Assembly: GCA_965645245.1 (NCBI GenBank)
Contig: OZ287073.1
Span: 2,294,001 to 2,358,000, forward strand
DNA length: 64,000 nt
Reading direction: 5' to 3'
Origin: Massalongia carnosa
Taxonomy: Eukaryota
The notes beneath the pieces were generated by a model. The model was not told where the DNA came from. It ran no database searches and saw nothing but the letters and a program-made list of their open reading frames with translations. Shown in pieces: positions 22,839-34,789 of the stretch. The first letter of the stretch is position 1; each line of letters starts with the position of its first letter. A program made the translations under genes and the position numbers.

Positions 22839-25800
22839 GTGCAGGGACTCCCCCCCCTTCTCATTTCCTCATGTTTGATGGCCAGTTTTTCCCCCTCTTT
22901 GAGATCCAATACGCGATTTTCCGCAGCCTCCGCTTTGGAGCTGTTTGAATCAGATAAGACGTTCAGAGACAGTCACATGGTGATGACAGGTATCTTGCGA
23001 TTATCTAGATCTAGGATTAGAACGTATAATCTAATTGATTGTGGTGCATCTGGCTTTTCATTCATCGATGAGAAATTTGCGCATACTAACCAAATTCCCC
23101 TTCATCTTCTCAAATATCCCCGCCGGCTCGAAGGATTCGACGGCCAAAGGGCTCTATCCGGCAATATCACTCATGTGGCCGAAATCACCATGGATCTAGA
23201 AGGTCATGTAGAAAAACTCTTTCTATATGTCACCGGGTTAAAAAATTATCCCATTATCCTGGGCCATCCATGGCTCCGCCGGCATAACGCCATAGCCGAT
23301 TTTGGGCATAATACGCTCACCTTTGCCTCCCCCTACTGCCTCACTCACTGTTGCCCCCACCCCGTCAAGCTTCAAGCCGTTGAGGAAGAATTCCTCACCC
23401 CAGCCGAGAGTCGAAAAATCTGGGATGAAGAGATCCTCGAAGACGCCCTAGGAAAAGTTATCAATCAAGACACGTCTATCAGAACGTCGATAACTTCTCT
23501 AGAAGAGGGGGAAGAAATTCCCACAATCAAAAATTCCATTCCTGACAATCCCGTCAAAATCGAGGAATCCATCCCTTTGTTCAAAACCGCGCCGCGCGAT
23601 TTCACCTTAATCAAACCCGAAATCAATGAACCCGAACCCCAGCCTCAAAACCCCACCGATGAACCCAGTCGCATTGAAAATGCAATCCAGCAAGGGCTTC
23701 CCCCCCCGAAAATCCGATACCGAAGCCCGTCCAAATTGCGGACATCCACCCAAAGACGTGCTCATCAAGCAGCACGCAAAACCACCCCGCAGATGAATGT
23801 CTGCGAAATCGGAGCTATCTCCTTCAATCGACTGACTCGGAAGAAAAACCACGATAGTTTCGCCCTGTCCATGAAAGAAATTGACCTCTTTCTAGGAAAA
23901 ACCAACCCCGAACCTCTAGTAATGAAAGCCTCACCTAGTTCAGCCCCCGATTTGATCGAAAAAGCCAAAAAACCCAGCCCAGCCTACCAACCATTGCCAT
24001 CTCGAGCAAGCCCGCACGAGAAAGAAATCCACCTAGCCTTATTTAAGATGAATAAGGCCCTAACCCTAGCCACCGCCGTGACTCGTGAAGAGTTAGACGC
24101 TTACCGAGAAAGTAAGAACGTCGACCCAGCCCCCCTTCTGCCCAAGCAATACCACGAATTCCTAGATGTCTTCTCGAAGAAGAAATCCGAAGACTTGCCC
24201 CCCCGCCGTCCCTACGATCATGCCATAAACCTGAAAGAAGGTACGCAGGCCCCTAGTCAGGCCCTGTATGGTATGAGTCGTACCGAAATCGAGGAGCTCC
24301 GCCGCTACCTCGACGAAAATCTAGCCAAGGGATTTATTCGGGCTAGTCGCTCCCACGCCGCCTCCCCGGTGATGTTCGTGAAAAAGCCAGGTGGGGGACT
24401 TCGATTTTGCGTGGATTATCGTGCTCTGAATGCCATCACGATTAAGGATCGCTATCCGCTGCCCTTGATCGCCGAGACCCTGCACCAATTAATCAAAGCC
24501 AAGATATTCACCAAGATAGACATCATCGCCGCCTTCAATATGCTCCGCATACGAGAAGGAGACGAAGAACTCACCGCTTTTCGCACTCGTTTCGGCCTTT
24601 TCGAGTCCTTGGTCCTACCCTTCGGCCTATGCAACGGGCCCGCCTCATTTCAGCACTTCATCAACGATACGCTTCACGAGTATCTTGCTGACTTTTGCAC
24701 TGCGTACCTAGATGATATCCTCATCTACAGTGACAATGAGCTGGAGCACGAGGTCCACGTCAAAAAAATCCTGTCTCGACTCCGAGATGCAGGCCTGCAA
24801 GCCGACATCACCAAGTGCAAGTTCCATGTCACCGAAATTGCATACCTAGGGATGATCGTGACCACCGAAGGGATAAAAATGGACCCGGCCAAGGTGGAAA
24901 CCGTCGTCAATTGGCCAAACCTCGTCAATGTGAAAGATGTGCAAAGCTTTCTGGGTTTTGCTAACTTTTATAGACGATTCGTGTATGGGTTTAGCGACAT
25001 AGCTGGCCCCCTAACCAACCTGACCAAGAAGGAGACGGAATTCCTGTGGACTGACAAATGCCAATTGGCATTCGAAATGCTGAAAAAAGCTTTCACCTCC
25101 GATGTCATTCTCAGGCATTTCGACCCCGATCGTCCCATCATCGTCGAAACCGATGCCTCCGACTATGTTTCGGGGGGCATTCTTTCTCAATACGACGATG
25201 ATGGGATACTTCACCCCGTCGCCTACTTCTCAAAGAAGCACAATCCCGCCGAGTGCAACTACGAGATCTATGACAAAGAACTGATGGCAATCGTTCGATG
25301 TTTTGAAGAATGGCGACCCGAACTAGAAGGATCTGCCTTCCCCATCAGCGTCATATCCGACCACAAAAACCTGGAGTATTTTGCCTCCACCAAGCAGCTC
25401 AGCCGTCGCCAAGCTAGATGGAGCGAATTTCTCTCTCGATTTGACTTCAAGATAGTCTATCGACCAGGAAAAGCCGGAGGAAAACCGGACGCTCTAACTC
25501 GTCGATCGGGAGATCTTCCTAAAGAAGGGGATGATACGGACGAGCGAAGGAAATTTCAACACCAAACCATTTTGAAAACCGAAAACCTGGATGAGGAAGT
25601 CGCAAAAAGTTATTTGCGATCCATTCTTCTGGCACCAGCTTTCCTAGATGATGCAGATATCGAAGAAGCAGAACCTCAGCTAGATGAGGACCTCATCGAT
25701 CCCGATGAGGATATCTCCACGGAGCTCCTCTGGGAACAAGCCCTGACACGAGACCAATTCGCCCCCGAAGTCCTGGAAGCCCTTCGTAATAACGAGAGGC

Positions 25801-27266
25801 ATCACAATCGAATCCAATTAGCCGAATGCGAAGATAGGGACGGTATCTTGTATTTTCGAAACAAGAAATACGTACCTCGATCCGATCGTCTGAGGCTTCG
25901 TATCATTCAACTCGCTCACGATAGCGTCGCCGGCGGACATCCGGGCCGTTCCAAATGCCATGAGTTGGTAAATCGATCCTACTGGTGGCCCAGCATGCAT
26001 CAGTCCATCAAGCGATTTATCCGAAACTGCCACACTTGCAGAAGATCAAAACCATCCCGCCAGCGCTATCAGGGCTGGCTACGCCCACTCCCCCCCCCCG
26101 AGCGCAGATGGCGGGATATTTCCATGGATTATGTAGGCCCCCTGACCCCCAGCACCTTCATGGGAATCACTTATCGCTACATCTTGGTGGTTATAGATCG
26201 CCTGTCCAAGATGCGACATTTCATTCCTATCACGTCCATGGAAGTTGAAGACGCCGCCGATGCGTTCTATCAGAATGTCTGGAAACTACATGGGCTTCCC
26301 GAAGCCATGGTTTCTGATCGTGGCCCCCAATTCGTCTCCGATTTCTGGCAGCTCATGTGCAAGAGGCTGAAAATCGACGCCAAGCTATCCACCGGATACC
26401 ACCCGGAGACCGACGGGCAGACCGAGCGAGCCAACGCCACCATGGAGCACTACCTAAGGGCTTATGTCAACTACATGCAGGATGACTGGGCACAATGGCT
26501 TCCTGGCGCCGAATTCGCCAGCAATAACACCGATTCATCTAGTATCCTGGCCTCCCCCTTCCTAGCCAACTTCGGGCAACATCCCCGCATGGGATTTGAA
26601 CCGGAGGAACCCCTGCCGCAAGACCTAACCGCTCAGGGCAGAGCAAACCTAGTTGCAGCCAATCAGTTCGTGAATAAGATGCAGGATATCGACACTCATC
26701 TTCGAGACGAAATGCTGATGGCCCAAGCTTCGTACGAAGCAACTGCAAATGCTAACCGACGTCCCTGCCCCCGCTATTTCGTTGGCGATATGGTGTGGCT
26801 AAGCACCAGAAATATCCAAACCGCTCGCCCCACAGTCAAGCTGGATGACCGAAATATCGGCCCCTACCGCGTCAGCAAGGTGTTTTCCAACCCCTTGATC
26901 GTACAGCTGGAGCTTCCCGATACCGTCAAAATCCATCCCGTCTTTCACGTCAATCTGTTGCAGCATGATGCCAATGACCCCCTCCCCGGGCAGAGACCGG
27001 AGCCTAGAGACCCCGTCATCGCCGAAGATGGCCAACGAGAATGGTATGTCAATAGGGTATTGGATTCCAAGCTCGACCGACGGTTTCAACCCCCGCTTCT
27101 GAAATACCTAGTGGATTGGGAAGGGCATCCTTCCACCTGGGAGCCTTTCAACTATCTCATCAATTGTCAGCAAGTCATAGACGAATACCACCAAGCCTAT
27201 CCCAATGCGGCCGGCCCTCATCTAAACCCCTGTCAAATTCCCCGTTGCCAATGCCACGAGGCATAG
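22839..27266 (+). CDS. pol: G1 Pol: protease, RT, RNase H, integrase, chromodomain (reached by -1 frameshift)
   Basis: LIDCGAS, YLDDILI, TDAS, HHCC zinc finger, MDYV/SDRG/GQTE, GPY, chromodomain YLVDWEG..STWEP; uninterrupted 1475 aa. Confidence 0.95.
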   Translation: MQGLPPLLISSCLMASFSPSLRSNTRFSAASALELFESDKTFRDSHMVMTGILRLSRSRIRTYNLIDCGASGFSFIDEKFAHTNQIPLHLLKYPRRLEGFDGQRALSGNITHVAEITMDLEGHVEKLFLYVTGLKNYPIILGHPWLRRHNAIADFGHNTLTFASPYCLTHCCPHPVKLQAVEEEFLTPAESRKIWDEEILEDALGKVINQDTSIRTSITSLEEGEEIPTIKNSIPDNPVKIEESIPLFKTAPRDFTLIKPEINEPEPQPQNPTDEPSRIENAIQQGLPPPKIRYRSPSKLRTSTQRRAHQAARKTTPQMNVCEIGAISFNRLTRKKNHDSFALSMKEIDLFLGKTNPEPLVMKASPSSAPDLIEKAKKPSPAYQPLPSRASPHEKEIHLALFKMNKALTLATAVTREELDAYRESKNVDPAPLLPKQYHEFLDVFSKKKSEDLPPRRPYDHAINLKEGTQAPSQALYGMSRTEIEELRRYLDENLAKGFIRASRSHAASPVMFVKKPGGGLRFCVDYRALNAITIKDRYPLPLIAETLHQLIKAKIFTKIDIIAAFNMLRIREGDEELTAFRTRFGLFESLVLPFGLCNGPASFQHFINDTLHEYLADFCTAYLDDILIYSDNELEHEVHVKKILSRLRDAGLQADITKCKFHVTEIAYLGMIVTTEGIKMDPAKVETVVNWPNLVNVKDVQSFLGFANFYRRFVYGFSDIAGPLTNLTKKETEFLWTDKCQLAFEMLKKAFTSDVILRHFDPDRPIIVETDASDYVSGGILSQYDDDGILHPVAYFSKKHNPAECNYEIYDKELMAIVRCFEEWRPELEGSAFPISVISDHKNLEYFASTKQLSRRQARWSEFLSRFDFKIVYRPGKAGGKPDALTRRSGDLPKEGDDTDERRKFQHQTILKTENLDEEVAKSYLRSILLAPAFLDDADIEEAEPQLDEDLIDPDEDISTELLWEQALTRDQFAPEVLEALRNNERHHNRIQLAECEDRDGILYFRNKKYVPRSDRLRLRIIQLAHDSVAGGHPGRSKCHELVNRSYWWPSMHQSIKRFIRNCHTCRRSKPSRQRYQGWLRPLPPPERRWRDISMDYVGPLTPSTFMGITYRYILVVIDRLSKMRHFIPITSMEVEDAADAFYQNVWKLHGLPEAMVSDRGPQFVSDFWQLMCKRLKIDAKLSTGYHPETDGQTERANATMEHYLRAYVNYMQDDWAQWLPGAEFASNNTDSSSILASPFLANFGQHPRMGFEPEEPLPQDLTAQGRANLVAANQFVNKMQDIDTHLRDEMLMAQASYEATANANRRPCPRYFVGDMVWLSTRNIQTARPTVKLDDRNIGPYRVSKVFSNPLIVQLELPDTVKIHPVFHVNLLQHDANDPLPGQRPEPRDPVIAEDGQREWYVNRVLDSKLDRRFQPPLLKYLVDWEGHPSTWEPFNYLINCQQVIDEYHQAYPNAAGPHLNPCQIPRCQCHEA

Positions 27267-28748
27267 ATAAGATGGCATCGCAGGAGCTCTGCCTTGAAGG
27301 GGGAGCTACTGTCATGAAATGCCTCCGACCTCACCACGTGCCTCTATCACGTGCCTTGATCTGATGACTACTCACGGACGTCGTGCCATGCCTTCGGGAC
27401 CCTCATATCATTCTTCGAATTCGCCGATTACTGATCATTAATCAGCCTCGCATTGATGATTTATTCCCGTCTTTCGACTATTATCATGTCTAATAGCTTC
27501 GCATTGATGTTTGACATCTCCCGTCTCCTCGCTGACCCCATCGTGCTTATTGCCGCTATAATGCCCCTCATTCATCATCGCACTAACTAGACATCATTCG
27601 CCGCCACCCTAGAAAGATGAATATGTGAGGACAAAGATATAAGAAAGAAGTCGAATCATAGAAGTTCTGATTCTTTGTCGAACGTCTTGAATAGCCAACC
27701 TAGCCTAGCCTAGATTCATAGCTATAGACTCAATCAATAAGCTTGACCATCAACCCACCTTGCCTTTGCCCTTGCCCTCGACCTGATTTCGTGACAGCAA
27801 TGAATGATACAAGCTTTGACGAGAACGAATGCGTCGAGCTTTGTCGGCGTGATAGAACAAGTTCAGGTGGGATGAGGCAGTGAGATAAGTGGTGCCGTGG
27901 TGGATGATGAACGCACTGCTGAAAGATAATTGGACTTTGATTAGAGTAAGACAAGGAATCGATGCATACTCGGGTTTTTTATTTATTTATTTATTCGTAT
28001 ACAACCTAAGTTTATGACATCATCAGAACTCCATGAATCTAATGATATTTAATAAATCTTGACAAAATCACCTCCGTGCGTATGAAATCGATTTATAAAC
28101 ATTTTGGTTCCATGTTTAATTGTAGAAATGAAAATGGGGGTGATCTCCAGCCAATATGGTGCCCTATGGGCTATCCGTGGGGCGGTCCTAGGACTGTGTT
28201 GGTGGCAGGCCTCCAATTCGCATATGAGCGTGGCCCTCCCGGGGGTAGGCAATCGTTCGATGTTCTGGAGGGTCCGATTACCGAAATGGCTCCCTCCCGG
28301 CAATATTTTTGGTGGTGTACAGGCTGCAGATTAGGCAGAAGGCCACCGTTCCACGCCCGAGTTGATCGAAAATCCGTTATGTCCAGGTGGTTCGATAGGC
28401 GGAAAAATAGGCATATAGGAGGGTATAAGGCTTCGACCCCAGGAGGCCAGTCGGCAGGTGTGTTCAAATAGAGTAGGCTAGAAATGGCTGTAGGAGTGGT
28501 CGCCGAACCGGATAATGGACGCGCTGTCCAAGCGTGGGGTAGTACTAATAAGGGCCATCACCACCCCACCTTTCCTCTACATTTGCCCTCCTTTTGGGTG
28601 GTTCTTGTTGAAATAAAAGGGGCTGAGGGAGCTGCACTGAATCAATGAAAAGGCTGATATGCTACGCTTGAAGCTCTATAACTAAATTGAACCGAACTAA
28701 CTGAACTATCTAAGAAAGAAAGAGTTGAGATTATTTGCCTAAATATAA

Positions 28749-29147
28749 GTAATTCGGCTAGGGCGAAAGGTAATGCCGGGACCGAGTGGAGGCAGGCCGT
28801 GGATAGCCGACGAAGGCCGAAGGTCGAAGGAGGATGATGCCCAAAATAGTTGGACAAGCAAGGGAGAGAAAAGGGCATAAATAGGTGGCCTTTTGGCACT
28901 CTCCTCCTCATCATCACCATTGATTCGGAGTTCAGCACCAAAAGGTCTTTTGCCCACCCACCCACTCCCTGAATCAGCCGCATAGGTAGATGGAGTTTTT
29001 CCCCTCACTGCTGCCAAAACAAAGCCATTATAGGAGGGGCCCTCAGCAAAACTGAGCGCCAGCAGGGCAGCAGCGAGGGGAGAGTTGCCCAAACATAGAT
29101 AGAAATTATGTATATGTTCAGCTGACACGATGGAGCCCGCGAATTAC
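28749..29147 (+). mobile_element. 399-bp A+B terminal-repeat unit of the tyrosine-recombinase retroelement, inverted relative to it
   Basis: 28749-28951 matches revcomp of 33890-34094 (5 differences). 28995-29147 matches revcomp of 30021-30173 (4 differences). Ends are GTAATTCG...CGAATTAC; no TSD. Confidence 0.85.
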
Positions 29148-29232
29148 CGTGTGACTATGACACCGCTGACCTAGACCATGCCGCGGTCGGTGTCAAGCGA
29201 ACAATAATCCATGCTACGCATCTCGATGTTGC

Positions 29233-30020
29233 TTATTCCTTGACAGCTTCGACTCTGTCATAATTTCCAGTAGGTGCATGGTGATGGTGACCGGATCTAC
29301 AGCTTTTTGCATTCTCACTGTGCGTCGGGGACCATTTTTGCCATAGACTCGGCAAATGGTTTCTTGATGTAGTGTCACCCTTGGCACCGGAGGGCTTGGA
29401 GCACTGGCGACCGCCACGAAGAAAGCGAAACATCGGTCGCAGAGCTGGAAGACAGGCGCAAACAATGCCCACGCATGGCTCGACGACCGATACATCAGTG
29501 TGGACTTCAACATCTAGATAGTGATCCTTAGTCGCTCGTCTTACTGACTATGTGTAGTTCTCAAAGCAAAGAGCTTTGTAGAGTCAAAACGTACAGGTAA
29601 AATCCTTTTGGTCCCCCACCCGGGCGACACACTGAATCCGAACCACACTAGCGATGCCGGCGCTGTAGCACAGTGAGTTAAAGTTCTGCATAGCCCATCC
29701 CATAAATCAGATGAGTGAAGTGCGTACAAGATCCCCAAGAGAAATATCATGCACAATCCAACCCTTTGCTTCATAGGCAATTACAACTGCTAGAGTATTA
29801 GCATCGGCAAGATAAGAAGAACAACGTCAGCCACAGTTCTGAACGCGGCCGTCGTTATTATCAGCGTTTTTAAGTTAACGCAATGGCCGTGCAAATCTCA
29901 ATAGAATCGGTCCCATGCATAATTGATCGGCCAACATTGAAACAGAGCCGCCATTATAAATGCGATAGCAAGTAAGATGATATATCCTCCGGTGTGTACC
30001 AGGCGATCTAAAATCGAGCT
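29233..30020 (-). pseudogene. 3' half of a PTH11-like/rhodopsin-domain integral membrane protein gene, with stops
   Basis: Translates to ALFQCWPINYAWD, GHC, DVVLLILPM, LPMKQRVGLCMIFLLG and VEPCVGIVCACLPALRPMF, with intron-like gaps and several stops. The 5' half is missing. Confidence 0.8.
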
Positions 30021-33000
30021 GTAATTCGCGGGCTCCATCGTGTCAGCTAAACATATACATAATTTCTATCTATGTTTGGGCAACTCTCCCCTCGCTGCTG
30101 GCCTGCTGGCGCTCACTTTTGCTGACGGCCCCTCCTATAATGGCTTTGTTTTGGCAGCAGTGAGGGGAAAAACCCCCAACCCCAAGCAGGGAATGGCCCA
30201 CCTACGGTGGTGCTATTCGGAACATGGTGGGGGGTCGTTGAAAACGAAGGGAGGTCGCTATTAATTGGTCCGGGTGTGTCTGAATGTACAATTGATACGA
30301 GTCTAATTTCCATCGGCCCAAGGTCCGAATATCTTCCTCTAGCAAGCCCGAGTTCTTGGCCGTTGTTGCTGCACCCCGTCGAAACGAATGACCCGAGTAA
30401 TTCCCTCGGACGCCAATTGCCCGGAGGCCACTCCGTAGAGCCTACACTAAATATTCACGAGTGAAGGCCTTGCCCTGAACTTGGAACAATGGGGACGATG
30501 CTGGTTTCGGGAATCGGGTAAACAAGTTCCGAATGGAGGTGATCGAGCATGCTTCGTCGTTTGTTGCTGCGATATAGATTTTTCTATCCCTTCGAAAAGG
30601 GTCCGTCATGGATGACGGTAGGGAAAAGAATTATTCGATTCGCTTGTAGATCCACCGATTTCCTAGTTAAATGTCATGAATCGAAGCTGAAGTCTTGCAT
30701 TTCTCCCTGTTTGTAGGTAGAGTCTCCCGCTCTTAAGAAGGCAGCAAATGCAATGCTGTATGCTGCATGAAGCTTTGCCTGGACTTCGTTGGTAGTGTCT
30801 AGTTTCCGTAGCAATTTTATCAAAACGTTGCGTGTGATTGGTAGCCTTTTTCGTCTTTCTGGTTCACCGTGCATTCGTTTTATTCCCTCTATTATTCTGT
30901 CTAGGACTGGATGGTGAAAGACCTCCAGGTCCCCTAGGCCCATGTCCAATTGGCTAGATCGTACTCCAGCTAAATAGTTTTTGATGGTTTTGGGGCGGAG
31001 ACCTCGCTGACCCAGGGCGGCTATCCATGCCGAAAGACTTCGAATTGTCGCTGGAAAGGGAGGGAAATTCGTTGCCAATTGACAGCGGGTCGTGTAGCTT
31101 TTCCGGGCTGCATCGTATAGCCCTCGAGTCCTAATTGCTATGCCTCACCATAAATATCTGGCTGCTCGGCGATCCAGCGGAACCTCGTTATACCAAGTCT
31201 CTAGGGGGTCGCGGACGAGTGACGCCGTTATTTGTTCGATAAAATGCCCTGTAGGTTGGGGTAATTGTCAGCGATTTTTCCAAATAGTCCTCGGGACAAC
31301 CAATCTGCTAAGAAATTTTCTTTGGTAGACAGCCAGTGTGGTTCAATCTTAATGTCATATTTGCCGCCATCATGGCGATATTCCGGAGGGGATGCATAGC
31401 CCCGCCCCGAATGGAGGTCTTTTTGACCCAGGACATTACAGCAAAGCTGTCGCAATAAAGAAGATGAGCTCCCTTGCACAGGGGGAGCCACCGCCGTATG
31501 GCGTGCAGAATCGCTGTCATCTCCTTCTCATTGATATGTTTAGCTCTAAGCCTAGTGGTATAACGTTCAGAAACCACTTGCTCAGCGGGTAATGTGTGTG
31601 TGGTCTAACCACCTTGAAGTATGTATGCCCCGATTCCGAAGTCCCCACTGGCGTCTGTCCAGAGACGGAGCAGGAGTCTCGAAGGGCTAATAATGTGTAT
31701 GCCGTTCCATAATGGAAGGAATGATGCCACCATAAAAGATCAGCTTTTATGTGAGAATTGATATGCGTAAATGGGCGCGCGGGCCCGATTTTGCAGTTGA
31801 AAAGGCGTCGGGAGAAAAGTTCTTTCCGGCACCACCACTTTGGCTGCAAAGCCCAGAAATCCCAGCAAGAGTGTCTAGCTCGTTTCTGGTTATCGTGGAT
31901 TTATTCAATGTTGTTTGGACGAGATCCTTAACTAGCTTTCTGAAGCTTTTCGGCCCGGTAGTCGTGCCTGCATGAGGTGTGTGTCCAGCTCGATGCCCAG
32001 GAATTCGACTACCGTGCCTTGTTTACTTTTCTTATCGTTGATTTTTAGGCCGAGGTCTGAACAAATTTCGGCAAAGTTCCGATCGAAGGATGCCGCATCG
32101 GGAATAGCGCGAACGATTCCGAGAAAATCGTCTAAATAGTGAATAACTTCGCCATTTGTTTTATTAATCATCATCCAGTTCAGACCTTTCGCAAATAAGT
32201 CAAACAAGAAGGGAGATGTCCTGAGGCCGAATGGAAGAAAGCGTTCCATCCAGTAAACCCCGTTTCAACAAAAACCCAGCAAATACCAATCGCTTTGCGC
32301 CACTGGAACGTGGCGAAAGGCATCGGCTGGATCTCGTTTGATCAGTACGCAGTCCTTGCCCATTCTTCTGACGCCGGCGAGGGCTTCGTCGAAAGTGATA
32401 TATTCCAGAGCGCCCCATTCTTCGGGAATGAAGTTGTTCACCGAATTACCCTCGGGGTGGGAGAGGTGATGAATACGGCGCCATCCTCCGTTTACTTTGG
32501 GGACCAGGCCTACGGGGGAGCATATATATCTGGCTGGTAGGGTGGGTACCTCGATCAATCGGTTCTTGGTCCTCTGGTCCTCTACGTCCATGGTCAGAAT
32601 TTCTGGGGCCGCGTTGGCCGAGGCCAGGTTGTTGCTTAGAATGAACTAATCTAGGCCGGTGTAACCAATTTTGGCCCCGTACACGATTATATCGTGAATG
32701 GTCTGTTTGTTATTTTTTTTCCGGATGACCCATGAGGTGAAGTTCCTAGCCTTCTTTTCTTAGAGGCCCTGAGGGTACGATTTGCTGATTTATCTATCAG
32801 CGGATAGGGGAACCCTTCGGCGATATGATCAAATGGGCCGGCTAGTCAATCTCGTCTACCTGTTGACATGAAATTTGGGTTGCTGATATGTGCCTTGGGG
32901 CAGTTGTTTTTCGTGTGATGGCCGAAACAGAGACTGCAGACGTGAGGGTACCTGGAGTCCTTGCATTCCCGCCCTGCGTTGTATCGATTGCAGGACATGG

Positions 33001-34094
33001 GCTTTGATTCAGTGGAGCCGCTTACCGGGACTGATCCCGGGTGCTGTTTGGTGGTACTTCCCGTCATGGGAAAGTTAGGTGTCCGTCGAGTAAGGTACAT
33101 GTTTTCGATGGTGGTGTCGATTCTCCTCCATCCGGCCGGGTCGTTTACTCCCTGGTACACTCGACCCCTGTGGAAGATTATATGAAACACTCGTACTGAC
33201 TCTCAGGTGTAGGTGGTGTAATGTAACAACAAGCGGTACTGATAGATTTGAAAGGCCCTACAAAGACTGTCTTTTATTCCGGATGGTGCCAAATGAAGCA
33301 AGACCTGCCAATACACCCCGAGGCAGCGAGTCAGGTGGGGTAGTCCCTTGATGTCTCCTGGTGACGCGTCTTCATCAGTTTCAGCGGGCAGTAGCTGGTT
33401 CGGGTGGGGAGTGTGTGCCTCCTGCCTACCCTCGGGGACTATGTTTCCCTCCCTTATGCGCTGAATGGCCGCCAAGTTGTCGGCGATTTGTTTTTTGAAG
33501 GTGACAGGTCTCCTCCTGCCTGAAGACTGTCGCCGTGGCCTCCTGCTGAGCCCTGAGATCCAACAGCAGATCCGGGATTGATTCCGATGTTCGGTGAACG
33601 TCTATAACATCGCCCCGAAGTGTTCCCTCCGAACCTTGAGTGTTCGAAGGAGGCTGTGCTTCTGAAACTATGGCCCCTCTTCTAGAGGATCGGGTGGAAC
33701 GAGTGGGACGTTGACCGGGCCCGGAGGTGTTTTCGAAGTGGACGAAGGGCTTGATGATTCTTTGAGGGCGATGGAAAGGCATGATGGGCTCAGTGTGCAG
33801 GGTAATATAGGATGAGAAATGGAGGTGATTTAGAATGATGGGATTGGGGGTGGGTAATTGATAGATGTTTTTAATTCGGGAAAGACTTTCAAAAGACCTT
33901 TTGGTGCTGAACTCCGAATCAATGGTGATGATGAGGAGAAGAGTGCCAAAAGGCCACCTATTTATGCCCTTTTCTCTCCCTTGCTTGTCCAACTATTTTT
34001 GGGCATCATCCTCCTTCGACCTTCGGCCTTCGTCGGCTATCCAAGGCCTGTCTCCACTCGGTCCCCGCATTACCTTTCGCCCTAGCCGAATTAC
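30021..34094 (-). mobile_element. Degenerate tyrosine-recombinase retrotransposon (Ngaro/DIRS-like)
   Basis: Minus strand order is gag with Cys/His finger (32846-33190), RT (LPFGLRTSP, HYLDDF), RNase H (TDASG, HINEKEM), then tyrosine recombinase (FLRAG, HSFRRGAAT, GRW..DSYQLY at about 30280-30380). Many frameshifts and stops; no TSD. Confidence 0.92.
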
Positions 34095-34789
34095 TACTTC
34101 ATGCTGAGTATGATGACTTCGTTCGAACACATGTAGAGCCGGGTCATATCATATGTCGTTCTGCCGCGCAAGAAGGGAATAAATATCATAAACGAAATGA
34201 TTCATGTCGATAAAATTAGCCAAGGTTCTTTCGATTCATCGTGGGTTATCTTCCAGACAGCAACCTCGAAACCTGAGCATAGTTGACTGATCAGAAGCAC
34301 GTATGCCCTCGACATGTTTGAATTTTAGCCTTATGTTTGGCAATCCGCGCTGTTGTCATGCTTGCATGCATTGAATTTGATATCTTCGCATAATCCTCGG
34401 GACGGACTAGATTCGCTTCTGTTCGTTCTTGTGTGTGGGTGACACGTTGCTGGACTATTGTACGCTGTCCTGTCGATATCATAATTTTCATCGATTGAGA
34501 TTATAATAACTTCTATGAAGATGTAGCATAAAAAACGGTTGATCGGATTGTAGATTAACTGTATGTATACGTTGGATATGGAAAATAATTATTATTACTT
34601 CGTCTTCCTTTGTGTCTTCGTCTGCAATTTAATTCTAGGTAAACCTTTTAAATTTTTCATAGTATAACAATCACAATGCTATATTATTAGGACGCGTGAC
34701 TTTAATAAATCAATTAAAAAAATTACGATAAACAAGCAAAATATTGTTCTATTAAAACGAATATCTTATCTGCTTCTGTCAGGGTCCTG

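Larger units (their letters stand above)
21117..27796 (+). mobile_element. Full-length Ty3/Gypsy chromovirus (element G1)
   Basis: 487-bp LTRs 21117-21603 and 27310-27796 (3 differences seen), TG...CA ends, TSD GCAAT, polypurine tract GAAGGGGGAG, gag and pol ORFs. Confidence 0.97.

Noticed and set aside
28049..28471. Cluster of short overlapping ORFs
   Set aside because: No recognisable motifs or splice structure; probably chance ORFs in a GC-richer remnant.
30230..31150. Tyrosine recombinase as a Starship captain or Crypton
   Set aside because: It follows gag, RT and RNase H within shared element ends, the layout of DIRS/Ngaro retroelements.
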